This document shows positions 44,034-54,128 of a stretch of 64,000 bases of DNA, one piece after another (position 1 is the first letter of the stretch; every line of letters begins with the position of its first letter). The notes under the pieces were generated by a model. It was not told the DNA's origin and did not search any database. It worked only from the letters and a program-made list of their open reading frames with translations. Source of the stretch: a virus; IMG/VR virus record IMGVR_UViG_3300027974_000032, positions 1 through 64,000 of that record. One strand, 5' to 3'. A program made the translations under genes and the position numbers.

Positions 44034-47000
44034 TTATATCCTCCAATATTACTGTTCCATCTTTAGTCTTACCCAAACTAAACTTATAAATGTTTCCTTC
44101 TTCAATCTTCATATATGCTTTTGCAAATGCAGTTGGGAAAACTGTAATTGAATGAAGTTCTCTGCTTGAATCTGCAACTGTAAGGGATGCCATTTTTTTA
44201 CCAGTCTTTGTAACTCTTGGCTTAAAAGAAACAACAAACATGTCATCATCCTTATATGGAAGCATCTTATAGTTTAAAAATTTAACCAAGGCACTGCTGG
44301 ATCCCTTTATTTGTTCAACAGGAATAGCACTAAGTATCCTGTTATCATTAGCCAAAATGAGATACGATATGCCAGCCTCAATAGTTGTTTGTTCGTCATC
44401 AAATATTCCTACACTTCCTGTTTTATCTAGTAACTCTACCCTTGACCATCCCTTTGCTCTTTTAATACTCTTGACCATTCCCATCATAACAAAAGAACCT
44501 TTTTCTTCATAGTCTTCAATAGAACTAATGAATGCGTGGTAATGTGATGGAACTGTGATATTAAACTCAGGTAAATTCAAATACTCGTAGAGATTTTCTT
44601 TGATTTCTTGTTCATCTCTTGGGTTGTCAGTGAAAGTTGCTGCACCAATAACTCGTAATGCTTGTAAAGCACGAGAATTGACTCCATTTCCTTTTGTAAA
44701 AGTAAACTCTTCAAGTTCTTTATATGATCCAAAAGGCCTTGCAACCATATATCTTTCAGCAATTTTGTCTGAAATATACTTAATACCCGATAAGCCAAAG
44801 CGAATGCCCTTGCCTTCAATTTTAAAGTCAATATCAGAATCATTAATGTGAGGTAACTTGATACTAATGCCCATTCTTTTTGCCTCAATAAGATATTCAG
44901 TTCGTGCATCTTTATCCTTTTCATTCTTCAATAGTGAATACATAAACTCTAATGGGTAGTGATACTTTAACCACGCCGTCCAATATGAAAGAGTTGAGTA
45001 AGCAACTGCGTGACTTTTATTAAATGAGTACCCAGCATGTGCTTCAAAGTCTTGCCATAAATCTTTAGCATCGTTAGGCGAAATATAAGCAGATGCACCA
45101 GATACAAACTTATCCTTGAAAATGTCAAACTCTTTAGCATCTTTTTTCTTTCCAATGATCTTTCTAACTTTATCTGCTTCCGACATGGACATACCGCCAA
45201 GTTGTACGCATGCTTGCATAACTTGTTCTTGGTAAAGAATACAACCATAAGTTTCCTCCGTAAATGATTTAATAACTTGGTGCTTATAACTTGGATTTTG
45301 TCTACCATGTTTAATAGCAATATAATCTTTTCCAATTGTATTCATTGCACCTGGGCGAACCAAAGCATTTGATGCAGCAAGTTCTGATAGATTCTTAACA
45401 CCCATCTTTACAAGCAGATTAGTGTATGGTGCTGCTTCACACTGAAATACACCCTTAGTATATCCATCAGAAAGCATTTGATACACATTTGCATCATCCA
45501 TTGGAATTGTTAATGGATCAATGGTTTTACCATCTCGTTCTTTAATAATTTCAAGGGCATCTTTAAGTACACTTAAAGTTTTTAGTCCAAGTGCATCGAT
45601 CTTGATTAGACCAATTTTTTCAGCCTCTTCCATGTCAACTGCAACAACAGGAATGCGCTCATCGCTACCAGTAGAAGAGCGTGTCTCCATTGGTGCGTAC
45701 CTAAAAATAGGATCTTTGCTAGTGACAACACCAGCAGCATGAATGCCAGTACCTCTAATACGACCACGTAGTTGCTCGCCATAAATCTCTACCTCTGGAT
45801 ATTTCTCACGAAACTCTCGTGTTGTTTTTGAACTACAATATTCATCCCAAGTATCAACCATCTTTAAGACTTTATTTACATCAGTCAAGGGAATATTTAA
45901 TACTCTTGCTACATCTCGAACAACACCCTTATCTTTAAATGATAAGAATGTAGCAATAGAGGCAACATGTCGATACTGTCTAACAAGATAATCCTTTACT
46001 TCTTCACGACGTGTATCCTGAATATCTGTATCAATATCTGGAAAGTCATTACGGTCTGGGTTAATAAAACGAAAGAAAAGTAGTCCATGTTGAATTGGGT
46101 CAATGTCAGTAATTCTTAAAACATAACAAAGTAAAGATCCTGCAGCAGATCCACGACCTGGACCTACCATGATTCCTTCTTTTTTAGCCCAAGTAATCAT
46201 ATTGCGTACCACAAGAAAATAAGGACCAAACTTTTTATCTTTAATTACCTTTAACTCTTCATCAAGTCTATCAAGGTATTCCTGGTTCCCCTCAAATCCT
46301 CTTTCCTTTAATCCTTCTAAAGCAAGTTCTTTGAGTTCTTTATCTGGGTTCTTGTATTGTACTGGCAGTAAATCTAGTCCTTCTTGTATTCCATAGTCCC
46401 CAACTTTTTCTGCAATTGCTAATGTATTAGAATATATATCTGGTCTGTCAATCCCCTGAGACTCCATCGCTGCCTTCATCTCTTCATAAGAAAGTAGGTG
46501 AATGTCAAACTCATTAAATGTAATTTGGCGATCATGTCCATACAGATAATCTAAACGATCCATCATATTGGTGTGCTTTTTAGACTTTTCAAATGTATGC
46601 TCTTTGTCAATCTTGACATGTGTATTAAGTAGTAGTTTAAATTCTTGAATCTCTTTTTGATCTGTTGAACTATGATGGCAGTCAGGTGTAACTACAACCT
46701 GAACACCAAACTCATCAGCCAACTGAATCAACTGCTTATTAATTTCTGCCTCATTATGTGGCATAACCTCAATATAGTAGTCGTCACTAAAGACTCGCTT
46801 AAACCATTCAATGTGTTTCTTTGCGATTGCAAACTCATTATTCTCAAGTGCCTTTACAAGAACACTACTTGGGCAAGCAGATGTGACAATAATACCTTCT
46901 GCATATTTCTCAAGAACCTCAAAGTCAAATCGTGGCTTCTTAAAGAATCCCTCTGTCCAAGCAATCTCATTAATCTTATTTAAATTTTCTAAACCAATTT

Positions 47001-47298
47001 GATTCTTGGCGAGAAGGACTATATGGTTATAAATTAAATCTAGATCTCCATCTCTTTCAGACTTATCTCTAGTATCAAATCTATCAGAACACATATAGCC
47101 TTCTACACCAAGTATAGGCTTAATACCCTTCGCTTTTGCAATACGGTGCAGTTCCCTATGCCCAGATAAAGTACCGTGGTCAGTGATGGCAATTGCTGGC
47201 ATCCCTAACTCAACTGCACGGTCAATGTATTCTTCTGGAGTAGCGATTCCGTCAAAGAGGGAATAGTGGGTATGTACGTGTAAGCCTACGTAAGACAT
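44026..47298 (-). CDS. dnaE: DNA polymerase III alpha subunit
   Basis: HVHTHYSLFDG, GRGSAAGS, PDIDTD, HAAG, YQEQ, FNKSHA. Confidence 0.97.
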   Translation of the reverse strand: MSYVGLHVHTHYSLFDGIATPEEYIDRAVELGMPAIAITDHGTLSGHRELHRIAKAKGIKPILGVEGYMCSDRFDTRDKSERDGDLDLIYNHIVLLAKNQIGLENLNKINEIAWTEGFFKKPRFDFEVLEKYAEGIIVTSACPSSVLVKALENNEFAIAKKHIEWFKRVFSDDYYIEVMPHNEAEINKQLIQLADEFGVQVVVTPDCHHSSTDQKEIQEFKLLLNTHVKIDKEHTFEKSKKHTNMMDRLDYLYGHDRQITFNEFDIHLLSYEEMKAAMESQGIDRPDIYSNTLAIAEKVGDYGIQEGLDLLPVQYKNPDKELKELALEGLKERGFEGNQEYLDRLDEELKVIKDKKFGPYFLVVRNMITWAKKEGIMVGPGRGSAAGSLLCYVLRITDIDPIQHGLLFFRFINPDRNDFPDIDTDIQDTRREEVKDYLVRQYRHVASIATFLSFKDKGVVRDVARVLNIPLTDVNKVLKMVDTWDEYCSSKTTREFREKYPEVEIYGEQLRGRIRGTGIHAAGVVTSKDPIFRYAPMETRSSTGSDERIPVVAVDMEEAEKIGLIKIDALGLKTLSVLKDALEIIKERDGKTIDPLTIPMDDANVYQMLSDGYTKGVFQCEAAPYTNLLVKMGVKNLSELAASNALVRPGAMNTIGKDYIAIKHGRQNPSYKHQVIKSFTEETYGCILYQEQVMQACVQLGGMSMSEADKVRKIIGKKKDAKEFDIFKDKFVSGASAYISPNDAKDLWQDFEAHAGYSFNKSHAVAYSTLSYWTAWLKYHYPLEFMYSLLKNEKDKDARTEYLIEAKRMGISIKLPHINDSDIDFKIEGKGIRFGLSGIKYISDKIAERYMVARPFGSYKELEEFTFTKGNGVNSRALQALRVIGAATFTDNPRDEQEIKENLYEYLNLPEFNITVPSHYHAFISSIEDYEEKGSFVMMGMVKSIKRAKGWSRVELLDKTGSVGIFDDEQTTIEAGISYLILANDNRILSAIPVEQIKGSSSALVKFLNYKMLPYKDDDMFVVSFKPRVTKTGKKMASLTVADSSRELHSITVFPTAFAKAYMKIEEGNIYKFSLGKTKDGTVILEDINA

Positions 47299-47301
47299 CA
47301 A

Positions 47302-47955
47302 TTACCAGTCGATGTTTGTGCTGGTAACAGATGGAGTGTCAAACCCAAAGTAAAATGCTTCTTGCTCTGGATATGGAACTTCACGAACAACCTTTTCTAG
47401 GTTGAAGAATTCAAAACCTTCCCAATTGAATGGCTCTGAATCTGGCTTGCTTGGAAGAAGTGTGTAGTTGGTTTCAGTTCCCTGACCATTACGCTTTAAC
47501 TTCCATTCGAGGTTTGATACGCTACCTGTGTCAAGTGCGTACTCACGGATATTATTAAATGCTGACTGCTTTGAAATTCCTTGTGACCAAACAGCAATAT
47601 ATGGATCCTCAAGGCCATCGTTCATTAGCACATTACAGTAAAAACGCAAACGTGCTCTCCAACCTGACTTTGGTTCCTTCTTGCCCATTTCACAACCAAA
47701 GCAACGGCCTTCTGAATCCTGAGTACATGCAGCCTTGCGCTTATAATCTTTTGGATTTGTGTGTTCTGCGACAACTACAGAAAGGCCACGAGCCTCATTA
47801 TAGTTTGCAGAATCTTGATCTAGTTCTTCTACAAAACGAATCTTTGATGATTGTCCGTCAGCAAGTTTTACCCAACGAACCTTTTGTCCTGTGTTTTCGT
47901 ACTTTGGTTTTTCGAGCAGGGCGTTGATATCTTTTAATCCCTTAATTACGCTCAT
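47302..47955 (-). CDS. single-stranded DNA-binding protein (putative)
   Basis: Between primase and dnaE; IRF, C...C..C, R.G.G..T.Y motif, acidic/aromatic end. Confidence 0.65.
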   Translation of the reverse strand: MSVIKGLKDINALLEKPKYENTGQKVRWVKLADGQSSKIRFVEELDQDSANYNEARGLSVVVAEHTNPKDYKRKAACTQDSEGRCFGCEMGKKEPKSGWRARLRFYCNVLMNDGLEDPYIAVWSQGISKQSAFNNIREYALDTGSVSNLEWKLKRNGQGTETNYTLLPSKPDSEPFNWEGFEFFNLEKVVREVPYPEQEAFYFGFDTPSVTSTNIDW

Positions 47956-47978
47956 ATGTTTCTCCTTTGTTTGTTGTA

Positions 47979-48923
47979 TTAGTTTAGCATAGATATGATC
48001 GCTTTGTCAAATGAGAAGTCCAACTTCTTTATTTCCTCATCGTTCATATCTCCTATGTCTTTATATTGTTTATCTAGTTTAATTACGGAAACACGAGATC
48101 CTAGTTTTTCAACTATTCTGTCCTTCATGTTTCCACCTGCTTCATCATTATCTGCAATAACAAATATGTTATTAAAATATTTTTGAAGCAATTCTATTTG
48201 TGTTGATGAAACATTTGCACCTAGGGTTGCAACTGCAGGCAGTCCAACCTGGTCAAGTCTAATTGCATCGAATGATGATTCTACAACATATACCCTATCT
48301 GCAGATTTCACCCTATTTAAATTAAACAATGTTTTTGCTTTTGGCAGTCCTGGAGTATTTTTAAATTCTTTTCCCTCAACAGATCTTCCAACAAACCCAA
48401 GTGGCATTCCATCTGGACTATGAACTGGGACTGTTACCATATCCTGTTTTTCTGAATACCCTAAAGAAAACTTTGCCCAAGAAGACATGTCAATTTTTCT
48501 ATACTGATAATAATTTTTTGCTCTTTCAGATGATAGCAAACCATTGTATAATCTTTTTAATATGAGTTCATCAAATGGGACGAAGTCTGGCTTTGTGTAA
48601 AGTTTTTTATTAATATCTTGTTCAAGATTTCCTTCAACCTCTTTGCCCTTGATGAATCTAATTGCTTCAAAGTAAGTTCTTCCAGACATATGCATTGTTA
48701 ACTCTATTAAATCTGCAACCTTATGACATGAAAAGCAAAAGAAGGTTCCTTTATATTTATCTACTTCTCCTGCTGGTGTCCTATTATTATTATGAAATGG
48801 ACAAAAGATAATGTAGTCAGAGTCAATCTCTGACTCAATCGTTACACCTGTTCCTGTGAGTACTCTTTTGATCTGCTCGCTTGTGTATAGATTGCTTTGT
48901 TTACGTCTATCCCTATTATCCAT
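47979..48923 (-). CDS. dnaG: DNA primase
   Basis: CPFH...CFSC zinc finger; GFVGR; VES.FD; DNDEAG; KD. Confidence 0.9.
   Translation of the reverse strand: MDNRDRRKQSNLYTSEQIKRVLTGTGVTIESEIDSDYIIFCPFHNNNRTPAGEVDKYKGTFFCFSCHKVADLIELTMHMSGRTYFEAIRFIKGKEVEGNLEQDINKKLYTKPDFVPFDELILKRLYNGLLSSERAKNYYQYRKIDMSSWAKFSLGYSEKQDMVTVPVHSPDGMPLGFVGRSVEGKEFKNTPGLPKAKTLFNLNRVKSADRVYVVESSFDAIRLDQVGLPAVATLGANVSSTQIELLQKYFNNIFVIADNDEAGGNMKDRIVEKLGSRVSVIKLDKQYKDIGDMNDEEIKKLDFSFDKAIISMLN
47981..48010 (-). promoter_or_regulatory. promoter inside primase 3' end, for SSB-dnaE
   Basis: TTGACA-18-TAAACT with TG extension. Confidence 0.6.
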
Positions 48924-49168
48924 TCGCTTTTCCTTTTCCCTACGTGTACTCCGTGCATTGATATCTCAAACTTAAAATATTGTTTTCTATCATCATAGTC
49001 TATCGTAAAATCTGGGTCTATGTCAATTCTAGGTACATATCCAGATAATCTCATCTCTGATGATAATAATCTTATGTACTCCTGCTTAAGCCTACCAAGA
49101 GATGATTCATCTTGAATAATGCCATCAAGGTGAAACCTTTTAATAGTCTTATGGTGAAAATTGTCCAT
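48842..49168 (-). CDS. hypothetical protein
   Basis: 108 aa; TATAAT 5 nt before ATG. Confidence 0.7.
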   Translation of the reverse strand: MDNFHHKTIKRFHLDGIIQDESSLGRLKQEYIRLLSSEMRLSGYVPRIDIDPDFTIDYDDRKQYFKFEISMHGVHVGKRKSEWIIGIDVNKAIYTQASRSKEYSQEQV

Positions 49169-49180
49169 GACATATTATAA

Positions 49181-50401
49181 CTACTTATCTTCAAAATCTT
49201 TATATCTATAGTATCCCTTGTCAAAATCGACCTGCACAAGGAAGTCTCCCATAAAACCATTACGGTTCTTTCTAAAAGCACACTCAATAACATCACTATT
49301 TGTGGCACGTCCAAGTGCAATTACCCAGTCTGCGTCATATGCAATCTGCCTAGACCAAGCAGTCTGTCCAAGTGTTGGAACTCCACTTAGGTCATTGACA
49401 TCATCTGGTGTTGCAGATGAAATAGCAATAATTGGAACCTCTTCACCAATAGCCATAAGTTTAAGTTCTCTTGAAAGGTTCTTCATTCGTACAGTTTCGT
49501 TATCCGACTTCTGGTTAGGAGCCATTAGTTGCAGGTAGTCAACGATTACAAAGTCTGGCTTATACTGATCAATCTTTCCACGAAGCACAGATGGATTAAT
49601 TTCTCCACCTTGATCATTTGAGATAATGTGAAACTCAGGTTTTCCTGCAAGATGCTTTGCATGCCACGACTTCAACATATCCATTTCTACTTCGCCATTT
49701 GACAACTTGCGGTGTGACCAAAGTCCTTCCCCCATGATTGTAAAAACACGGTTACGAACCTCTGTCTCGCTCATCTCAAGTGAAATAATTAGTGGAGTCT
49801 TTCCTTGCTTCCAAGCCTGTACAGCAAAATATAAAGCCATCCAAGATTTACCAATTCCTGGGTACGCAAGAAAAACACCAAGTTGACCTGGCATAATTCC
49901 AGAAGGAAGGTAGTTATCAAATCCAGGAAGATTTGTTTTAATTCCAACATGACCTGCTGCTTGTTGCTTCTTTAAATTTTCAAAATATGCAATTGCGGAT
50001 TCTAGATCTGTTACATCAATATCACGTATCGCTGATGTATTCTTTTTTAGTTCGGAGGTTTTAGTAATTAACTCATCTAGTGCTTTAGTGCCTTGTCCTT
50101 GCTGAACTTCTCCCGCTGCATTTCTAAGAATATCTTTTAGGCTATCATTTAAATATTCTGTTTGTAACTCTTCAAGATGATGCTTTGTTGCACCCACACC
50201 CTGAATTGGTTCAAAGTCACGAAACTTTTCAACAACTAGATTAACTGGAGGTACTGCTGAATTAACTTCAAAATAGTTTCTAATAAAATGCCATACATCT
50301 GTGTGCGTACGCAAAAGATTGTCAACGTTTGCCTGTAGAAGAACGTGAACCTGCTTATCACTAAGGACTGCTGAAATTAACTTTGCTTCTGTATTATTCA
50401 C
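49181..50401 (-). CDS. dnaB: replicative DNA helicase
   Basis: AYPGIGKS, SLEMS, IVDYLQLM, SRELK, DAD, KNRNG. Confidence 0.93.
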   Translation of the reverse strand: MNNTEAKLISAVLSDKQVHVLLQANVDNLLRTHTDVWHFIRNYFEVNSAVPPVNLVVEKFRDFEPIQGVGATKHHLEELQTEYLNDSLKDILRNAAGEVQQGQGTKALDELITKTSELKKNTSAIRDIDVTDLESAIAYFENLKKQQAAGHVGIKTNLPGFDNYLPSGIMPGQLGVFLAYPGIGKSWMALYFAVQAWKQGKTPLIISLEMSETEVRNRVFTIMGEGLWSHRKLSNGEVEMDMLKSWHAKHLAGKPEFHIISNDQGGEINPSVLRGKIDQYKPDFVIVDYLQLMAPNQKSDNETVRMKNLSRELKLMAIGEEVPIIAISSATPDDVNDLSGVPTLGQTAWSRQIAYDADWVIALGRATNSDVIECAFRKNRNGFMGDFLVQVDFDKGYYRYKDFEDK

Positions 50402-50702
50402 TTAGCCACTCCTTAGCCATTCTACGGCGCTCTGCCCTGTCTCTATCATCTTGCTCTTTATCTTGTTTAGCCTGAAATATTTTTTCTGTATTATATGCAA
50501 AATAGTTCCAAGTTGGACTTTGTGCAACAGAAAAATAATGCTCTAATAAATCATAGCATGAGCCAATTCCATAAGACTCAATCAAGGCATCTGCTGCCCA
50601 TTGTTCTACATTTAAGTTTAGTGATGGCTTTTGCTCATACTTTGCAGTATGGAACTTGCTGTACCTTGAAAGCAAAGCCATGCGGTCTTTGCGATCTGCC
50701 AC
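50394..50702 (-). CDS. hypothetical protein (possible helicase loader)
   Basis: 102 aa directly upstream of dnaB. Confidence 0.65.
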   Translation of the reverse strand: MADRKDRMALLSRYSKFHTAKYEQKPSLNLNVEQWAADALIESYGIGSCYDLLEHYFSVAQSPTWNYFAYNTEKIFQAKQDKEQDDRDRAERRRMAKEWLSE

Positions 50703-50911
50703 TATCCTTCAGCAGCCTCTGACTGAGCCTCTTGAATTTTTGTAGTTAGTTTGTCTTCAACAAACTTATACACACGATCAAAAGCCTCTTCTGTATTTTC
50801 TCCATCACGCTTTGAATCAATTACACCAAGATCAAGTCGCAGTGACTGAAAGTTTCCTAGGTTAAGCGTATATCCAAGTGTTACTGATACCTTTGTTGAA
50901 TCGTTTTCCAT
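50702..50911 (-). CDS. hypothetical protein
   Basis: Start MENDST; TLNLGNFQSLRLD motif. Confidence 0.7.
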   Translation of the reverse strand: MENDSTKVSVTLGYTLNLGNFQSLRLDLGVIDSKRDGENTEEAFDRVYKFVEDKLTTKIQEAQSEAAEG

Positions 50912-50924
50912 TTCATACCCTTCG

Positions 50925-51467
50925 TTAAATAGACTCACTCCACACTGGAATAAATCGTCCATCTTCAGTTCTCGTATATGTAAGTATACCATCGCCCATT
51001 CTGCGTGTCAACTCTTGCTTGCTAGGCGTAATATCATTTGTTATTAAATTATCTTTTCGTGGTCTTCCAATATGGTATGAAGCAAGTATATCACGTATCT
51101 CTCTTACCTGGGATTCTGAGTAATATGATCTTACTTGAAAACCTCGTGCACCACCCTTTTGTGATCCAGTTGGGAACGGGATGACTCCTCGTTTCATCAG
51201 TGATGGCATATATTTTTTATGACGATTAACTAATTCAGCAGTCTGACCAACAGTATATGCACGTTCTCTTTTATTTTTAAAATCTCCAATTAAACAACTT
51301 TCAATCTGACCCTTTGTAATATTAAAGACAGACATAATCCCATTTGATTTATTTAAATGATGAACTCTGACTAAATCTCCATTAAGAAACCAAACTTTTT
51401 TGTTTCCATAGATTATAGGTGCGAGATTGTAGCCTTCGCTTTCGATAGTTCCTTTTTTAAGAGCCAT
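50925..51467 (-). CDS. MerR-like HTH DNA-binding protein
   Basis: YTVGQTAELVNR...G.IP...RSYYSE. Confidence 0.65.
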   Translation of the reverse strand: MALKKGTIESEGYNLAPIIYGNKKVWFLNGDLVRVHHLNKSNGIMSVFNITKGQIESCLIGDFKNKRERAYTVGQTAELVNRHKKYMPSLMKRGVIPFPTGSQKGGARGFQVRSYYSESQVREIRDILASYHIGRPRKDNLITNDITPSKQELTRRMGDGILTYTRTEDGRFIPVWSESI

Positions 51468-51604
51468 GTACCCTCCGCTGAATCTGATGGTGGATGAAAA
51501 AATCTTCTTGATCCACAAGAAATACAGTATATCTCAATATGGTCTATAGTTGTGTATTGTCGATCAATGAACATTCTTCCATTGCATTTAAAACATTTTA
51601 TCAT
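51413..51604 (-). CDS. zinc-ribbon protein
   Basis: CFKCNG...CISCG. Confidence 0.7.
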   Translation of the reverse strand: MIKCFKCNGRMFIDRQYTTIDHIEIYCISCGSRRFFHPPSDSAEGTWLLKKELSKAKATISHL

Positions 51605-52047
51605 TAATTGGGTATGCCTATTACTATCAAGTTAACTGCTACTGATACATCTCCAGTAGTATTAAATTTAACTGTTCCCTCAATTTTTGAGGTAGTTACT
51701 GTTTTTAAAATAACAGAAACATTTCTTCCTGCCTCTGTATTTCCAACATTAATTGGTGTTGCAGTTGATATGGGTGCATACTTAAAGTCGCTTGGAAAAT
51801 CATAAGAAAAGTTAACCTCATCACCTGCGGTCTTGCTAGCATTATTGGCAACCTCAACATATCCACCAATGATTCTTGCCTCTGATGCCTTTACGCTTTG
51901 CTTTCCAAGACCAGCAGTATCTACTGTGACGTACTTATATGTTGCTGGTGATACTTGTGAGGATAGGTCATTGACTGCACTTGCTAGTTGGTAAATATAT
52001 CCAACGTCTAGAGGCTGTCCTCGTTCTGGTAGTGGTAATTTTGCCAT
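51604..52047 (-). CDS. putative minor tail protein
   Basis: End of tail operon; FP..FK.AP beta-sandwich motif. Confidence 0.5.
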   Translation of the reverse strand: MAKLPLPERGQPLDVGYIYQLASAVNDLSSQVSPATYKYVTVDTAGLGKQSVKASEARIIGGYVEVANNASKTAGDEVNFSYDFPSDFKYAPISTATPINVGNTEAGRNVSVILKTVTTSKIEGTVKFNTTGDVSVAVNLIVIGIPN

Positions 52048-52057
52048 GGTTATATAA

Positions 52058-52510
52058 TTATACCACTAAATCAATCTGGCCAGACTCAAAAAGTGTTGCT
52101 GCTGTGTATCTCTTTTTAGGAAAAGTTGGAGTTTGAATAGCGATTGCTATACTTGTAGTTGTATTATCAATAATAGTGGACCAAACATTTGTTCCAACAG
52201 TTTGAGCATATACCCATGACTGATTATTTATTTTTTTATAAATATCAAAAGTTATTTGATCCGTTCTTGGAGTCCAAATAACCTGCAGTGATTTCTTTGT
52301 TGGATCAATTGAGTTCGTTACAATATCTACTGAGTATTCTACTGGATCAACACTGTCTACTACAAGTGAATAGATTGGAGACCAGTGAGAAGATCTGTTC
52401 TTGTCTTCTGAAACAATTCTATATCTAACAATGTAGTCTTGACCATCCCCATGTATTGCTGGCAAAGTAGGCTTTGGAACTATTGCCTTTTTAATTCCTT
52501 GGTCTGCCAC
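52058..52510 (-). CDS. putative virion protein
   Basis: Tail operon; RYRIVSEDKNRSSHWSP. Confidence 0.55.
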   Translation of the reverse strand: MADQGIKKAIVPKPTLPAIHGDGQDYIVRYRIVSEDKNRSSHWSPIYSLVVDSVDPVEYSVDIVTNSIDPTKKSLQVIWTPRTDQITFDIYKKINNQSWVYAQTVGTNVWSTIIDNTTTSIAIAIQTPTFPKKRYTAATLFESGQIDLVV

Positions 52511-53637
52511 TATTGAACATCCAAGCCAAATCTAAATTCAAGATAGTTAGTTGTATTAGCAGACTTAACGATTGTTTTTGCCTCTGAATTTTTCATAACT
52601 GAATATCCCGTCAAACCATATAAAGGATTTGCTGTATTTTTATTTTCTAGTCGGATTGCATCAAGACATACATAAAAATCTGATGATGGAACAGAGTTAT
52701 TTAAAACTGTAGCATAAATCTTTACAACATTAACTGTTGACCATGTAAATCCAGAACTCTTATAAAGTTCTTGCAGTTGCTTTGTTATAACAAAATATCT
52801 ATTTGTTGCAAAATCATAACTTCCATCGTCTGTAATATTTACCTCAAAACGAGCAAACTCTCCAGTATCTGATGAAGAATCGCTTGACCCAAACTCTAAA
52901 AGAATTCTAACTGCATCTGGAACTATTGATGGGTCTGGGTCTTTATTAACTAAAGAAAATGCAAACTTAATTTCATCCGTTGGTGCATTTTTATTAAAAT
53001 CAATAACTGCTCCAGTTAGGTGTATATGGTTTGCTCCAGATGGAACAACAATATGATTACTAGAATTAATAGTCAACGAAGAATCGTCTCCAACTATAGC
53101 AACAACATTATTTAAGAATCTGCATCGCTCATACCTGCTAACTCTATCCTCATCTGTAAATATTCTGTTATCAGCATTTGTTTGAAAAACATTATATGGC
53201 TGATCTATAACATTATCATTGTTTGATCCGTCTAATGGTGAATAAACCACTGGTAAAGCAATTGCCTGATCATTTGCGTGATACTCCCAATTTTCAGTAC
53301 TGACAAAAGAATAGACTGACTTACTATCATATGCGCCTGCTGCTGGATTTGAACCAGCAGAGTATATTCCAACCTCAGAAATCTCATATCTTTCTTCTGT
53401 AGGTAGTTCTGCTGTTAAGACTATCTTTGATACTCCGCCTTCATTAACATATCCCCTTGAAGTTATGGGTACACGAAACATCTCAAAGTCTAAAGAAGTC
53501 TTGCCTGAGTAGTCCCCAAACACCCCATCAGAAGCCAGAGGAGTGGCACCACAGCCTACAGCAATGTATGAGGCATATGCTGGGGCCTGTCCCACCAAAT
53601 ACTTCGCTAAAATGCTTTTACCAGTATTAGTAATCAT
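52510..53637 (-). CDS. putative tail/baseplate protein
   Basis: MITNTGK..LA...YIAVG.G...L.FE..R...ISEVG typical tail-fibre N-terminus. Confidence 0.6.
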   Translation of the reverse strand: MITNTGKSILAKYLVGQAPAYASYIAVGCGATPLASDGVFGDYSGKTSLDFEMFRVPITSRGYVNEGGVSKIVLTAELPTEERYEISEVGIYSAGSNPAAGAYDSKSVYSFVSTENWEYHANDQAIALPVVYSPLDGSNNDNVIDQPYNVFQTNADNRIFTDEDRVSRYERCRFLNNVVAIVGDDSSLTINSSNHIVVPSGANHIHLTGAVIDFNKNAPTDEIKFAFSLVNKDPDPSIVPDAVRILLEFGSSDSSSDTGEFARFEVNITDDGSYDFATNRYFVITKQLQELYKSSGFTWSTVNVVKIYATVLNNSVPSSDFYVCLDAIRLENKNTANPLYGLTGYSVMKNSEAKTIVKSANTTNYLEFRFGLDVQ

Positions 53638-54128
53638 TAATTATTCACCTCATATATTGTACCATCAAGAATGACTCCTGCGTTTAAAATCTGAACTTCG
53701 ACAACTTCATCCTTTTCTAGATTTATTACATTTATCACTATATTTCCAGTTTCTGAATCTATGTAGACAATTTCTCCATTAGGTCCAGTTCCCACATTTG
53801 GGATCTTATTTTCTAGTTTAATTGGAAAATTTTTAAAATAGGCAGCAGATGTATTTTGAAGCGCCAAAACGTTTTGTGGATTATACTGTAGGTATAGGCT
53901 AGTTAAATTTTTGATTGGCTGATAAATAACATCTTGTCCATTAACCATGTCATTTCTACTAATGCTAATTAGTTCCTGGCCACCAATATTCTCAAAGATT
54001 AAATCAGTCATTACCTCAATTGGAACGACTGAGTCATCAAAAATAATTAGATCTGGTGTTGCTATCTTTACACTTGCAACTAGTAATGGATCTGCTCCTC
54101 CTGGAGCGTCTGGTGTTGCTAATACCAT
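53637..54128 (-). CDS. putative virion protein
   Basis: Tail operon, TAATG coupling. Confidence 0.55.
   Translation of the reverse strand: MVLATPDAPGGADPLLVASVKIATPDLIIFDDSVVPIEVMTDLIFENIGGQELISISRNDMVNGQDVIYQPIKNLTSLYLQYNPQNVLALQNTSAAYFKNFPIKLENKIPNVGTGPNGEIVYIDSETGNIVINVINLEKDEVVEVQILNAGVILDGTIYEVNN

Noticed and set aside
36743-50401. Inteins or introns in terL, recA, dnaE, dnaB
   Set aside because: Lengths normal and motifs continuous; no intein termini or LAGLIDADG motif seen
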